Shown: positions 9,233 to 19,840 of the stretch, one piece after another | How the letters are laid out: every line of letters starts with the position of its first letter | How positions within the stretch are numbered: position 1 is the first letter of the stretch | NCBI GenBank assembly: GCA_017451505.1 | Contig: JAFTOF010000002.1 | Coordinates: 65,042 to 129,041, forward strand | Direction: 5' to 3' | DNA: 64,000 bases | Source of the DNA: Clostridia bacterium | GTDB taxonomy: Bacteria > Bacillota > Clostridia > UMGS1883 | Notes under the pieces: generated by a model | What the model was told of the DNA's origin: nothing | The model's database searches: none | The model's input: only the letters and a program-made list of their open reading frames with translations | Translations under genes and position numbers: made by a program

Positions 9233-10137
9233 TGCAAAATAAGCTTGCTCTTAAAATTATTTGTACATTACTTGCCGTGGTGCTTTGGATTTATGTTTCC
9301 TATCAGGAAAACCCCACCATGACAAAAACCATTGATGATGTCCCGATTACGCTCTCGGGAGAACAGGCACTTAACGAAAACGGACTTTCAGTTTATTCCG
9401 TTTCCGACAACAGTATTTCGGTAATAGCAAATGCAAAAAGACTGACTTTGGCACGGCTTACTAACAAAAATACTACCGGTGTGATAAATGTTTCTTCTTT
9501 CAGAAAACCGGGTAAATACTCAGTCCACGTTGCAGTATCATCAAATGTTACCTCCGACCCTGTTTTTACGGCAAAGGGTAAAAATATTTCAGTGGTAATT
9601 GAACCTATAGAAACGAAAACATTTAATATAGATGTTTCATTTGAGCAAGGGAAAGCCGCATCGGATTTTAAGGTAGAATCTCATAACACAACAGATAAAA
9701 AGGTTACCGTAAAGGCACCCGAAAGCATACTTAATCTTGTTTCCTCTGTCAAGACTGAAACGCTCTCCCCTGCCAAGGAAAAGCAAACTGCAAAGCTTAT
9801 CGCCTATGATAAAAACGGAGTCGTTCTTGAAAGGGTAGAGTGTATACCTGCAGAAACCGATGTCACCTTTTCGTTTTATAGTTTTAAAACAGTTCCCGTG
9901 GTGTTAAAGCTGAAAGGCGGTGCAGAGCACAAGCTTCCCGAAAGCTCAAACATAAGAATTTTCGGTGAAAAAGCCGATATTGACAAGATTGAACAAATCA
10001 AAACCAAACCGATTGATATTTCTGTCTATGAAGCAAACAGCGACGTTGAAGCAAGACTGTCGCTTCCCAAGGGAATTTCCCTCTATGATTCAAAGGATTC
10101 CATCGTGGTCAATTTAAAGGAAGAATATTTCAAGTGA
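9220..10137 (+). CDS. cdaR: CdaA regulatory protein CdaR (YbbR-domain protein)
   Basis: Single N-terminal TM followed by repeated YbbR-like beta domains; overlaps the cdaA stop (conserved cdaA-cdaR synteny); AGGAG RBS lies 8 nt before ATG 9220. Confidence 0.75.
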   Translation: MEKIMQNKLALKIICTLLAVVLWIYVSYQENPTMTKTIDDVPITLSGEQALNENGLSVYSVSDNSISVIANAKRLTLARLTNKNTTGVINVSSFRKPGKYSVHVAVSSNVTSDPVFTAKGKNISVVIEPIETKTFNIDVSFEQGKAASDFKVESHNTTDKKVTVKAPESILNLVSSVKTETLSPAKEKQTAKLIAYDKNGVVLERVECIPAETDVTFSFYSFKTVPVVLKLKGGAEHKLPESSNIRIFGEKADIDKIEQIKTKPIDISVYEANSDVEARLSLPKGISLYDSKDSIVVNLKEEYFK

Positions 10138-10170
10138 TACCATATAGCAAACAAACAGAGGCGGCTTTTT

Positions 10171-11019
10171 ATGAAAATTTCGGATATTAATCCCCATATA
10201 CGATATGCAAGAGTACACAGGGCATATTTTCGCACAAAGAAAGCTATCAGTAAGTGTTATGACTGCAGGATTTTTTTCTTCAACAATGTGACAGGCAGCG
10301 TTACCGTTAACGGAAAAAAACATAATATTTTAAATAAAACGGCAGTATTTTTTCCTCCCGAAACGGAATATAAATTCAATGTCACATTCAAAGAAAACGG
10401 CAGTGCTGTTGTAATGGATTTTGACCTCGACAACAGAAACGAAAGCCTTAAGGCTTCTTTGGGGACTGCCACGGTGTCAACTTTTGATAATAGCATCCTC
10501 CCTCCTTATAGTGCTATAGAAGAGCTGTCCAAGCCCATCGTCAGAATAATTCCTCAGATTGAAAGAATGCTTATACAATGCACGGAAAACTTCATTTTTA
10601 AAAATCAGTTCTACAGAGAAAATTCCTCTGCATTATTAAAGCTGTGCCTTTTGGAGTTTATAAAGCAAAACAGTGCACATTCTCAATCAGAGCTGTGTGA
10701 GGAGGTTCTTTCCTACATACATGACAACTTCGCAAGCAGTAATCTTACAAATGAAGATATTGCGGAAAATTTCAATTACCACCCTTACCATTTAAGCAGA
10801 ATTTTCAAGGAGGAAACGGGAAAAACACTTCACAAATATTTAATGTATTACCGCCTTCAGATAGCAAAGGATTATCTCCTTACCACCAAATATGATATTT
10901 CCCAGATTGCATGGCGTAGCGGATTTTGTTCCTCGGCGTATTTCATTAAGATATTCAAAGAGAACGTTGGCATGACACCTAAGGAATACAGACATTTGCA
11001 GATACATACGGAAATATAA
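10171..11019 (+). CDS. AraC-family transcriptional regulator
   Basis: Cupin-like N-terminus; C-terminal double HTH (HLSRIFKEETGKTLHKYLMYYRLQIAKDYL ... FCSSAYFIKIFKENVGMTPKEYR). Confidence 0.85.
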   Translation: MKISDINPHIRYARVHRAYFRTKKAISKCYDCRIFFFNNVTGSVTVNGKKHNILNKTAVFFPPETEYKFNVTFKENGSAVVMDFDLDNRNESLKASLGTATVSTFDNSILPPYSAIEELSKPIVRIIPQIERMLIQCTENFIFKNQFYRENSSALLKLCLLEFIKQNSAHSQSELCEEVLSYIHDNFASSNLTNEDIAENFNYHPYHLSRIFKEETGKTLHKYLMYYRLQIAKDYLLTTKYDISQIAWRSGFCSSAYFIKIFKENVGMTPKEYRHLQIHTEI

Positions 11020-11029
11020 AATGGATATA

Positions 11030-11062
11030 AAAAGTGGTTGCAAAAAAATTGCAACCACTTTT
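11030..11062. terminator. Bidirectional intrinsic terminator
   Basis: AAAAGTGGTTGC-aaaaaaat-GCAACCACTTTT lies between convergent genes. Confidence 0.65.
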
Positions 11063-11085
11063 TGTGTTTTCTGTAGTTTTTAACC

Positions 11086-12849
11086 TTAATTAATCGTTTC
11101 GAGTATTCCTTTTGCAATAGCTTCTGCCATCTTTGCCTGTCCGTCCTTACTTGTAAGGAATTTTCTATCACTTTCATTACTGATAAATGCAGTTTCCACC
11201 AATACGGCAGGGCTTGTGGTTGTGCGAATAACATAGAGATGTGAGCCGTTTTGTGTATTTTTCGGTTCAAGGTTTGTCATATCAAGAATATTATCGTATA
11301 TGCTCTCGGCTAAAGCCGTACCTGTTTCGGAAGCAGGATGATAATATACCTGTGTTCCTTTTACATCACCTTTCTCTATGGAATTGCAATGAATACTTAC
11401 AAAAAAGTCACACTCGCTTGTGTTTGCAAGTTCCGCTCTTTCCATCAAAGAAATGTAAGTATCGTTATTTCTCGTGTAAATTACTTTTACACCGTTTGCT
11501 TCAAGCTTTTCCCCAACCATAAGTGCAATCGCAAGGTTAATATGGCTTTCATACGCCACTGCCTTGCCGTTTTTGTCATAACCAATTGCTCCGGGGTCTG
11601 TTCCTCCATGGCCTGCATCGATTACAATGACCTTTTTCCCGTCCTTATCAATAACCGGCTTATTGTCCACAATGGGATTGTCCGTCTTATGGAAGCCTTT
11701 TTCCGCTGTGTAAAAGAGTTTATTGCTTCCGTCAACGGTAATGTTACAGCCGAGTGCAGAATTTGTAATTATTATTTCATAAATTATTCCGTCGTCAATC
11801 TTTATTTTCTGATTCTGAAGCTTAAGACTTGTAAATGTTACACTGTAGCCGTTATCTACCTTTTTGCCCGAGCCTACATACGTTTTATCAAAATAAACCT
11901 GCTGCTTGAAAGCATCATATATAAGCTGTGTGTTATCGGATTTTTGTACTCTGATCAGGATACCCTTTTCGTGGGAAAGTATCATTGCCTGTGCTTTGCA
12001 GGACACATCAAGAACTACCCTTGCAAAGCCCTCCCTGTTTGCATAGCGTACAGAGTCAACACAGTTTCCGTCTGCCTCCACAGTTCCGCCCATTTGGGGA
12101 AAAGCTGCATTTTCAAAGTCAAAAACTATACGCTCAGGATTAGTATAGCGTGTAACAGTGGGTGAAATTCCGTAGCGTGTTGCAATGTAGATATAATCAA
12201 ATGTATCATCGCTCTCTACGCTGATTGTGCCAAACTCGCCCTCTTTTTCAGGCATTACCACTTCATCGTCAGGTTTAGTATTATTTTCCCCGTCACTTCC
12301 GCCTATTATAACCTCATCTTCGGAAGATTTTGGAGAAGAAACAAAGACTGTACGGGTTGAATCCTCCCAACTCACATCATACCCCAATTTTTCCGCTACA
12401 AAGCGAATGGGTACCATGGATTTAAGAACTTCGGGACTGTTTCCTATAAGCATCGGGAGAGGTTGTGGCTCCGAAATAGGAACAATTTCATCGTTTATCA
12501 CGGTGTTCCTGTCACCGATTTTTACAAATACCGAATTTCCGTTATTTTTAATTTCCACACGGCAGGTATCGTCATGCCAGATAACTTCGCAGCCTAACGC
12601 CTCGAAAACCTCACGGACAGGAACCATTGTATAGTCATTAATAACAACGGGCTGCATGGGAAGATTTTCTATCGGCTTCCCGTTTACCGTTAAATGTATA
12701 TCACCTGCATAGTAATCATGGTATTCATCATTATAATAAATCTTTGCCGCACTAACATTAAAGGCGGCAAACATCATAGCAATAACAAAAAATACTATAA
12801 ACGCTGTCTTTTTCACGGCTTCACCCCTTTTCGAAACAATATTCGACAC
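11086..12849 (-). CDS. N-acetylmuramoyl-L-alanine amidase (Amidase_3) with N-terminal stalk-type repeats
   Basis: Signal/TM; copper-amine-oxidase-N-like repeats (MVPVREVFEALG, MVPIRFVAEKLG); C-terminal Amidase_3 domain (VIVIDAGHGGTDPGA, FVSIHCNS, VLVETAFISN). Confidence 0.85.
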   Translation of the reverse strand: MSNIVSKRGEAVKKTAFIVFFVIAMMFAAFNVSAAKIYYNDEYHDYYAGDIHLTVNGKPIENLPMQPVVINDYTMVPVREVFEALGCEVIWHDDTCRVEIKNNGNSVFVKIGDRNTVINDEIVPISEPQPLPMLIGNSPEVLKSMVPIRFVAEKLGYDVSWEDSTRTVFVSSPKSSEDEVIIGGSDGENNTKPDDEVVMPEKEGEFGTISVESDDTFDYIYIATRYGISPTVTRYTNPERIVFDFENAAFPQMGGTVEADGNCVDSVRYANREGFARVVLDVSCKAQAMILSHEKGILIRVQKSDNTQLIYDAFKQQVYFDKTYVGSGKKVDNGYSVTFTSLKLQNQKIKIDDGIIYEIIITNSALGCNITVDGSNKLFYTAEKGFHKTDNPIVDNKPVIDKDGKKVIVIDAGHGGTDPGAIGYDKNGKAVAYESHINLAIALMVGEKLEANGVKVIYTRNNDTYISLMERAELANTSECDFFVSIHCNSIEKGDVKGTQVYYHPASETGTALAESIYDNILDMTNLEPKNTQNGSHLYVIRTTTSPAVLVETAFISNESDRKFLTSKDGQAKMAEAIAKGILETIN

Positions 12850-12923
12850 AATGTGGCGTAATTCCTGTTTCGATTTGTCATTTGTAACAAATTTGTAATA
12901 TCAGCCATCGAAGCATTACCCAA

Positions 12924-13958
12924 TTATTCCCAGGAAATCTGTCCTGTAGATACTCCCTTAGGCATTTCTATCCCGTAATGCTTGTACGCAAGGGGAGTAA
13001 CACATCTTCCCCTTGGTGTCCTGTTGATAAAACCAAGCTGAAGGAGGTAGGGTTCATACACGTCCTCAATTGCCGAGGAATCCTCCCCTATGGTTGCGGC
13101 AAGGGTATCAAGACCTACGGGGCCTCCTCCAAAACTGTAAATTATGGAGGTAATCATTTTCTTATCTGTTGCATCAAGACCCAAGGAATCAATTTCAAGC
13201 ATCAAAAGAGCCTTATCGGCAACCTCTTTTGTAATCCTTCCATCAGCACAGACCTGTGCAAAATCACGCACTCTGCGAAGCAGTCTGTTTGCAATTCTGG
13301 GTGTACCCCTTGAGCGAGAGGCAATCTCTGCCGCACCCTCGGGTGCAATATCTACATTCATTATCTGTGCACTTCTGGATACAATCGTGGTAAGGTCTTC
13401 TTTTGTATACAGCTCTAACCTTGAAATCACGCCGAATCTGTCCCTGAGTGGTGCTGAAAGAAGCCCTGCACGGGTAGTAGCACCAACCAAAGTAAATGGC
13501 GGAAGACTCAGCCTTACCGACTGTGCACTGGGACCTTTACCGATAATTATATCGAGAGAATAATCCTCCATTGCAGGGTATAAGATTTCCTCTACTGCAC
13601 GGGAAAGGCGATGAATTTCGTCTATAAACAAAACGTCCTGAGGGCCTAAATTCGTAAGAATGGCCGCTAAATCCATGGGCTTTTCAATAGCGGGGCCGCT
13701 TGTCACACGGATATTAACGCCCATTTCATTAGCAATAATTGATGCTAATGTGGTTTTACCAAGTCCCGGAGGACCATAAAGCAGGCAATGGTCAAGTGCC
13801 TCGTGCCGCTGCAAGGCAGCATCAATATAAATTTTCAGACTGTCTTTAACCTTATCCTGTCCGATGTATTCATCCATGGTTTTCGGACGGATGGAATATT
13901 CGGCATCGCTGTCACCATCAAGCTGTCTGCTTGAAATAATGCGTTCATCAAATTCCAT
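12924..13958 (-). CDS. ruvB: Holliday junction branch migration helicase RuvB
   Basis: [11 protein letters not shown]; LFIDEIHRL; C-terminal winged helix with RTPRGR. Confidence 0.97.
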   Translation of the reverse strand: MEFDERIISSRQLDGDSDAEYSIRPKTMDEYIGQDKVKDSLKIYIDAALQRHEALDHCLLYGPPGLGKTTLASIIANEMGVNIRVTSGPAIEKPMDLAAILTNLGPQDVLFIDEIHRLSRAVEEILYPAMEDYSLDIIIGKGPSAQSVRLSLPPFTLVGATTRAGLLSAPLRDRFGVISRLELYTKEDLTTIVSRSAQIMNVDIAPEGAAEIASRSRGTPRIANRLLRRVRDFAQVCADGRITKEVADKALLMLEIDSLGLDATDKKMITSIIYSFGGGPVGLDTLAATIGEDSSAIEDVYEPYLLQLGFINRTPRGRCVTPLAYKHYGIEMPKGVSTGQISWE

Positions 13959-14553
13959 TTGACATTCTCCTTAAAGCTTCTTTAATAACTTCCTCAGTAG
14001 TAAGCGAAGTGGCATCTATCTGCATAACAGTTTTCTGTGCCTCTGACGGAGATGCTCCCAATGCAATAAGAGCATTTACCGCACCTGTATCGGCACGCAC
14101 CGCTGAAGCCGCTACAACAGATGCCTTGTCGGGAACAGCCACGGCATCCTGAGTGTCAATTTTACCTTTAAGCTCCAGAATTATCCTCTGTGCCGCCTTA
14201 GGGCCTACACCGGGTGCTCGGGTGATTGCCTTTACATCTTCTGCAATAATGGCAAAAGCAAGGTCTTGCACCGAAAGCGTTCCCAAAACGGAAATTGCAG
14301 CTTTAGGACCTATTCCCGAAATTGAAATAAGCTTATTAAAATAATCTATCTGCTCGTTTGTAAGGAATCCGAACAGGCCTATTGCGTTTTCACTCATATG
14401 AAAATGAGTGTATACGGTGACTTTTTCGCCAATATCCCCAATTTTTGCAATATCGCTTGCAGGCATACTGACACTGTAGCCTACGCCGCCAACGTCAATT
14501 ATGACACCGCTTTCGCTTTTCCCTGCCAAAGCACCTTTTAAGAAAGATATCAT
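13948..14553 (-). CDS. ruvA: Holliday junction DNA-binding protein RuvA
   Basis: OB fold plus two HhH motifs ([21 protein letters not shown]); overlaps both ruvB and ruvC. Confidence 0.95.
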   Translation of the reverse strand: MISFLKGALAGKSESGVIIDVGGVGYSVSMPASDIAKIGDIGEKVTVYTHFHMSENAIGLFGFLTNEQIDYFNKLISISGIGPKAAISVLGTLSVQDLAFAIIAEDVKAITRAPGVGPKAAQRIILELKGKIDTQDAVAVPDKASVVAASAVRADTGAVNALIALGASPSEAQKTVMQIDATSLTTEEVIKEALRRMSNGI

Positions 14554-15056
14554 AGCATTAATCCTCCAAACTGTTTGATTGAGTTAAAACGCATACTGTT
14601 GCCGTGGCACACGGCTATGGCAAGTGCATCCGCAACATCGTCGGGCTTTGGAATTTCGGTAAGTCCCAGCATTGATTTCATCATCTGCTGAATCTGCATT
14701 TTGCTTGCCCGTCCGTAACCCGTAAGTGCTTGTTTTACCTGAAGCGGAGTATATTCATAAATCGGTACATGGTTTTGATATGCCGCAAGAATTATAACAC
14801 CTCTTGCCTGTCCTACTGTGAGAGCCGTCTTTGCGTTATTGTTGAAAAACAGTTCCTCTATGCTCATTGCATCGGGCTTGTATTCCTGAATAATCTGGTT
14901 TATTCCCACATACACCTTGGCAAGTCTGTCCTCAAGTGGAGTATGTGCCTTTGTTGTAATAGCATCGTAGGCAATGGTTTTGTAGCGGTTTCCCTCTTTA
15001 TCAACTACGCCGTATCCCACAATTGCAATACCGGGGTCTATTCCCAATATACGCAT
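14550..15056 (-). CDS. ruvC: Crossover junction endodeoxyribonuclease RuvC
   Basis: MRILGIDPG start; RuvC length and catalytic acidic pattern; first gene of ruvCAB. Confidence 0.95.
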   Translation of the reverse strand: MRILGIDPGIAIVGYGVVDKEGNRYKTIAYDAITTKAHTPLEDRLAKVYVGINQIIQEYKPDAMSIEELFFNNNAKTALTVGQARGVIILAAYQNHVPIYEYTPLQVKQALTGYGRASKMQIQQMMKSMLGLTEIPKPDDVADALAIAVCHGNSMRFNSIKQFGGLML

Positions 15057-15083
15057 TCTATCACTCTGCTTTCTTCCTTATCA

Positions 15084-16310
15084 TTACTCTGCTTTTTTCC
15101 TCAGCATTGCATCCTTTACCACGGGAACATCGGTTTTTATATAAAGCGTCATTGCCGCATGGTTTGCAACGTCTATATCATTCATGTTCTTATCTTTTAA
15201 AACTTCGACTTTCTGTGTGGTGAAGTCCTTACCCGGCTGCATAATCTCTATTTCATCACCTTTAAAGAAGCGGTTTCTCTGTGTTACTTTCGCAAGCGAT
15301 GTCTTTTCGTCGTAATCAAGCACTATGCCTGCAATATCATATTCACGGATATAAGAACTGGAACCGTAAATTTGTGCTCCCGTGTCGGGAATCCCGAAAA
15401 AGAAGCCTGTATAATAATCACGGTGGCTTACCTTTTTTACTTCATCAAGCCATACGGGATTAAATTTGTACTCTGCGGGATTTTCATAATAGGCATCAAT
15501 GGCCTTTCTGTATGCTGCGATAATGGTCGCAACGTAGTACTCACTCTTTACCCGACCTTCGATTTTCAGCGAGTAAACACCGCTTCCCACAATTTCGGGA
15601 ATATGCTCAATCATACACAAGTCCTTTGAATTCATTATAAATGTGCCGCGTTCATTTTCAAACACGGGGAGATATTCTCCGGGCCGTTTTTCCTCCATAA
15701 GAGCATAGTTCCAACGGCAGGGATGTGAGCATGCACCATAGTTACTGTCACGGGCCGTCATATAGTTACTGAGAAGGCATCTTCCCGAATAGGAAACGCA
15801 CATAGCTCCGTGAACAAATGCTTCAAGCTCACAATCGGAGCTTATATTATCACGAATCTCCCTTACTTCGGAAAGTGTCATTTCACGGGCAAGGACTACC
15901 CTTTTTGCCCCCATTTCATGCCATGACTGCACTGTGGCATAGTTTGTATTGTTCGCCTGTGTGCTGATATGTATTTCAAGATTCGGGGCAACTTTTCTGC
16001 AAATGTTGAAAGCTCCCAAATCAGAAATGATTACCGCATCGGCACCCATATCGGCTATTTCCTTAAAGTACCTTTCCATTTCGGCAAGGTCACGGTTATG
16101 AGGAATAATATTAGCTGTGATATATACCTTTTTCCCCATGCCGTGTGCAAATTCTATACCCTCACGCATTTCATCGGGTGTAAAATTATCTGCGGCGGTA
16201 CGCAAAGAGAAACACTCACCACCGATATACACTGCATCGGCACCGTATTTCAGTGCAATTTTCAGTTTATAAAGATTTCCGGCAGGTGCCAGAAGTTCAA
16301 CTTTCTGCAT
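15084..16310 (-). CDS. Peptidase U32 family protein (TrhP/YrrO-like)
   Basis: N-terminus MQKVELLAPAGNLYKLKIALKYGADAVYIGG and Cys-rich core are typical of the U32 family. Confidence 0.85.
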   Translation of the reverse strand: MQKVELLAPAGNLYKLKIALKYGADAVYIGGECFSLRTAADNFTPDEMREGIEFAHGMGKKVYITANIIPHNRDLAEMERYFKEIADMGADAVIISDLGAFNICRKVAPNLEIHISTQANNTNYATVQSWHEMGAKRVVLAREMTLSEVREIRDNISSDCELEAFVHGAMCVSYSGRCLLSNYMTARDSNYGACSHPCRWNYALMEEKRPGEYLPVFENERGTFIMNSKDLCMIEHIPEIVGSGVYSLKIEGRVKSEYYVATIIAAYRKAIDAYYENPAEYKFNPVWLDEVKKVSHRDYYTGFFFGIPDTGAQIYGSSSYIREYDIAGIVLDYDEKTSLAKVTQRNRFFKGDEIEIMQPGKDFTTQKVEVLKDKNMNDIDVANHAAMTLYIKTDVPVVKDAMLRKKAE

Positions 16311-16323
16311 AACAAATACCCTT

Positions 16324-16953
16324 TCATTTTTTTACGGAGAGAGCAACACCGTCCCCGATAGGAATTATAGAGGTGGTGAGCTTTTCATTTGACATAATTT
16401 CTTCAAGATACATATGAAGCCGCTTCACGATTGTGATTTTCCGTCTTTCCACCTTATCATCATCCTCAATCATTCCGTGATAAAGGATATTATCGGAAAG
16501 AAGCACACCTCCCGTATTAAGAAGCCTTAAAATATCAGGCAAAAACTCTATGTATTGCCCTTTTGCCGCATCAAGAAAAATAAAATCAAATCCGCCGTCA
16601 AGCCAGTGGAGAACCTCTGCGGCTTCACCCTCGATTACTCTTATTTTCTTTTCATATCCCGAAGCAAAAATATTATCAACTGCAATATCGGCATGTTTTT
16701 TATAGCGTTCAATGGTAATTATTGAGCTGTCATCGGGGAGATTATCAGCCATCAGTATTGCACTATAGCCCACTGCCGTACCTACTTCCAACACCCTTTT
16801 GGGTTTAATCATTTGAAGAATCGTAATGATAAGCTGCTCCGTAGGCTTTTGTACTATAGGGGCATAGCTTTCGGGAAGCGAGGATTTATATCTTAAATTG
16901 TCTAAAAAATCGCTCCGCTTTGGTATAAGCGAATCAAGATACTCCTGTTTCAT
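16324..16953 (-). CDS. Class I SAM-dependent O-methyltransferase (YrrM/TrmR-like)
   Basis: SAM motif VLEVGTAVGYSA; FDFIFLDAAK; adjacent to the U32 peptidase, as in the Bacillus yrrM-yrrN-yrrO cluster. Confidence 0.8.
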   Translation of the reverse strand: MKQEYLDSLIPKRSDFLDNLRYKSSLPESYAPIVQKPTEQLIITILQMIKPKRVLEVGTAVGYSAILMADNLPDDSSIITIERYKKHADIAVDNIFASGYEKKIRVIEGEAAEVLHWLDGGFDFIFLDAAKGQYIEFLPDILRLLNTGGVLLSDNILYHGMIEDDDKVERRKITIVKRLHMYLEEIMSNEKLTTSIIPIGDGVALSVKK

Positions 16954-16970
16954 AATTCACATTCCTGTTT

Positions 16971-17507
16971 TTAATACTGAATTTGTTCTCTGATTTTATC
17001 CGCCACTTCTTTTGACGTAAGTTCCGCAGTAATTGCAAAGCCGAATTTATACGCACTTCCCATACCGTCGGATGTTATAAAGTTATCTGACTTTACAACA
17101 GACTGCTTCATATATTTCCCGTCTTTGAAGCTATCTTCAAATCCGGGGTAGCAGGTGGCCTCTTTTCCATCAAGAAGCCCTTTATGCCCTAAAATTGAGG
17201 GTGCGGCACAGATTGCACAGATAAGCTTATTATTTTCATTTGCGTAGTCTATTGCACTTTGCACTCTTGTATCCTTTTCAAGATTTGTAGTTCCGGGAAG
17301 TCCGCCGGGAAGAATTACGCAATCAAGAATAGAGTAATCAACTTTTTCCGGCAAGACATCTGCCTTTACTGTAATATTGTGTGAACCCGTCACATATTCA
17401 CCTGTAACACCGACCGTCAAAACGTCGATATTTGCTCTTCGCATAATATCAAGAGGTGCAAGTGCCTCTATTTCTTCAAATCCGTCTGCAAGAAAAATGT
17501 AAACCAT
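16971..17507 (-). CDS. DJ-1/PfpI/ThiJ family protein
   Basis: Nucleophile-elbow context KLICAICAAPSILG; GGAGG RBS lies 7 nt before ATG 17507. Confidence 0.85.
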   Translation of the reverse strand: MVYIFLADGFEEIEALAPLDIMRRANIDVLTVGVTGEYVTGSHNITVKADVLPEKVDYSILDCVILPGGLPGTTNLEKDTRVQSAIDYANENNKLICAICAAPSILGHKGLLDGKEATCYPGFEDSFKDGKYMKQSVVKSDNFITSDGMGSAYKFGFAITAELTSKEVADKIREQIQY

Positions 17508-17509
17508 AT

Positions 17510-18394
17510 TTATTCCTCCCAAAGATAATATTTTTCCACCAAAAATTCAGGCTGATAGCTCATTTTTGCCTTTCTTAGTCCCTCTATCCCCATATCTTCT
17601 TCACGGTTGACATAGGTGAAGCTCTCCCATTCATTTTCGCAGAAAAGCTTATTGATTGCCTGATATGCTCCGCGATAGCTTTCATCCGCCAACTCTATCT
17701 GTATAAGTACAGTATCATCAGAAATTTTCTCGCCAAAGCTCATCGCCGCAATTTCGCCGTTAATTTCAAGCATTCCCCCTGTCTGGTTAAACTCAAAATA
17801 ATGCTCAAAATAACTTTTCATCGCACCAAGCTCAAAAGAATTTTTATTCTTTTTCTTTGAGCTGACAAGCTCATAGGCTTTCTCTGCACATTTTTCCAGA
17901 GTAGCTTTATCTTCCACTTTTACATATCTGTAATTGTAATTTTCAATAAAATAGTTCAAATGATTTCTTTTTGAGTGGAGCTTCTTCCCCGAAAGAGAAA
18001 TCATCCTTTGTGTAAGGTACACATAATCAAATGAATCGCGTGACTCCTTTACCGACAATCTATCACCAAAGGCTTCAATAAGCTTGTCCTTGTTTTCCTT
18101 GGAAACAAGGCGAAAACAAAGCTTTTCTCCATTTGATGCGGCATAATCCGAAAGCTCTGTAAGAGCCTTATCTATGTTACCGCTTCCTATCGGAAAAAAG
18201 TAAGACGGTTCTTTCCCTTTTATATTAAATCTCAGGAAAAAGAATTCTCCGTTTTCGCTACATTCAAGATTGTAGTAGTTATTCCATATAAAAACAGTGG
18301 TAAATGACGCCTCCGAGGCAGCGGAAGGGTCCTTGTCACGGTATTTATAATATCGCCCATAATCCTTTGGCGATATAGGGGAAAATTCAAGCAT
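17510..18394 (-). CDS. DUF2156 protein (MprF C-terminal lysyl-transferase-like fold)
   Basis: MLEFSPISPKDYGRYYKY... N-terminus and length match stand-alone DUF2156 proteins. The start was moved to ATG 18394, because the track ORF overlaps the upstream gene. Confidence 0.6.
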   Translation of the reverse strand: MLEFSPISPKDYGRYYKYRDKDPSAASEASFTTVFIWNNYYNLECSENGEFFFLRFNIKGKEPSYFFPIGSGNIDKALTELSDYAASNGEKLCFRLVSKENKDKLIEAFGDRLSVKESRDSFDYVYLTQRMISLSGKKLHSKRNHLNYFIENYNYRYVKVEDKATLEKCAEKAYELVSSKKKNKNSFELGAMKSYFEHYFEFNQTGGMLEINGEIAAMSFGEKISDDTVLIQIELADESYRGAYQAINKLFCENEWESFTYVNREEDMGIEGLRKAKMSYQPEFLVEKYYLWEE

Positions 18395-18407
18395 AGTTAA
18401 ACTTCCT

Positions 18408-19139
18408 TTATTTGTTCTGATACTTTCTTCCTTCAAACAAAACCTTAAGACCGAATTTGGGAAGTGCCAGCATACGCACAAATCTTGAGGGCTGTTTTAT
18501 AAGGCGGTAAAGCCACTCAATTCCGTGTCTGCAATAAAAATCGGGAGCACGCTGAACAGTGCCTGCAAACACGTCAAGGCAACCGCCTGCACCGATAGCA
18601 AGGCGTGCGTTAAGCTTTTCACGGTTGTTATAAATCCAGTTTTCCTGCTTGGGGAAACCAAGGCACACCATCAGAAAATCGGGTGATGCTTCGTTAATTT
18701 CTTTAATTACAGGCTCGTCCTCTTTAAAATAGCCGTCATGTGTGCCTGCAATTACAAGTCCCGGGTATTTTTCTTTAAGCTTTTGTGCGGCAGTTTCAGC
18801 CACCCCCGGCTTTGCCCCCAAAAGGAAAACGCTTTGCTTCTTCTCTGCCATTTTCGGTAAAAGATTACATACAAGGTCATAACCTGCAACACGTTCTTTA
18901 ATAGGGTTTCTTAAAATTTTGGCACCGTATACCACACCGATTCCGTCGGGGATTACCATATCGGCACTGTTCAGGGCATCTGTAAACTCCTGATTATTCG
19001 ATGCGTAAAGTATTATTTCCGAATTAGGTGTAAATATCATACTAAGGCCGTCAGTCTCTAAAAACTCTTCAGCCTTGCTAACAGCCTCATTCATAGTATA
19101 CTTATTGACATGAACACCTAAAATGTTAACCGTTTCCAT
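18408..19139 (-). CDS. tagA: WecB/TagA/CpsF family (GT26) glycosyltransferase
   Basis: ILGVHVN...; PDGIGVVYGAK; CLGFPKQENW; typical GT26 length. Confidence 0.8.
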   Translation of the reverse strand: METVNILGVHVNKYTMNEAVSKAEEFLETDGLSMIFTPNSEIILYASNNQEFTDALNSADMVIPDGIGVVYGAKILRNPIKERVAGYDLVCNLLPKMAEKKQSVFLLGAKPGVAETAAQKLKEKYPGLVIAGTHDGYFKEDEPVIKEINEASPDFLMVCLGFPKQENWIYNNREKLNARLAIGAGGCLDVFAGTVQRAPDFYCRHGIEWLYRLIKQPSRFVRMLALPKFGLKVLFEGRKYQNK

Positions 19140-19251
19140 AACAAGACTCCTTTGAAAGCACATATAATATCAATATACATTATACCATATTTATATATTC
19201 AGTGCAACAAAAAATTGAGGCGATTCTCCAAAAGGAAAACCGCCCGAAAAA

Positions 19252-19425
19252 TCAATTTTTCAAAATAACATCCTCTATTTCAATAGCACGGCTGTCGGCA
19301 TCAAGACCGATACATTTCCCGCAATTGTCGCAAATTTTCCCCGGAGTAAGATCACACTTGTCACATTCTCCGCAGTCATTGCAAATTTTATTTTCATCAA
19401 GTATACATTTATTCAACTGTATCAT
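19252..19425 (-). CDS. Small cysteine-rich protein, unknown function
   Basis: CxxxxxxxCxxCxxCxxC...CxxCxxC pattern (KCILDENKICNDCGECDKCDLTPGKICDNCGKC). Its own TTGACT-17-TATAAT promoter lies at 19437-19465, inside the longer track ORF, so the start must be downstream (ATG 19425 or TTG 19416). Confidence 0.5.
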   Translation of the reverse strand: MIQLNKCILDENKICNDCGECDKCDLTPGKICDNCGKCIGLDADSRAIEIEDVILKN

Positions 19426-19508
19426 TCCTTTTTTAAAGATGTCTATATTATATACTATAGGCATAAGGAAGTCAAACCAAAATCTTTTCAAGTAGGAAAT
19501 TTAACAAA

Positions 19509-19829
19509 TCATTTACTTACAGGAACATAAAGTAACTGCCCGCTCACAATGTTACAATCCTTTACGCCGTTGGTTGCAGCTATCTCATACATAAAGTCAC
19601 GGGTATCCTCTCCTGCTTTCTTGTATTCAAGAGCAATTTCCCAAAGGGTATCACCAGGCTCGACGGTAACGGTAATAACTTCCACCTTATCATCTGCGGA
19701 TTCCTGCTTAGAAAAAGCGGAATGTGCAAATAATACAAATACAACCATTAATATGGAAAAGAATCTTCTACGCTGACGCTTTAATTCTCTCATTCTCTGT
19801 AATCTTCTTAATTTACTGCTTGTCTTCAT
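19509..19829 (-). CDS. YneA-like LysM membrane protein (candidate SOS cell-division inhibitor)
   Basis: Basic N-terminus, one TM, then a LysM domain (VEPGDTLWEIALEY ... GQLLYVPV). GGAGG RBS lies 7 nt before ATG 19829. Two LexA boxes sit in its promoter. Confidence 0.7.
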   Translation of the reverse strand: MKTSSKLRRLQRMRELKRQRRRFFSILMVVFVLFAHSAFSKQESADDKVEVITVTVEPGDTLWEIALEYKKAGEDTRDFMYEIAATNGVKDCNIVSGQLLYVPVSK

Positions 19830-19840
19830 AATAAGACCTC

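Noticed and set aside
11338-12165. 275-aa plus-strand ORF
   Set aside because: It lies entirely antisense within the Amidase_3 gene and has no recognisable motifs. It is a shadow ORF.
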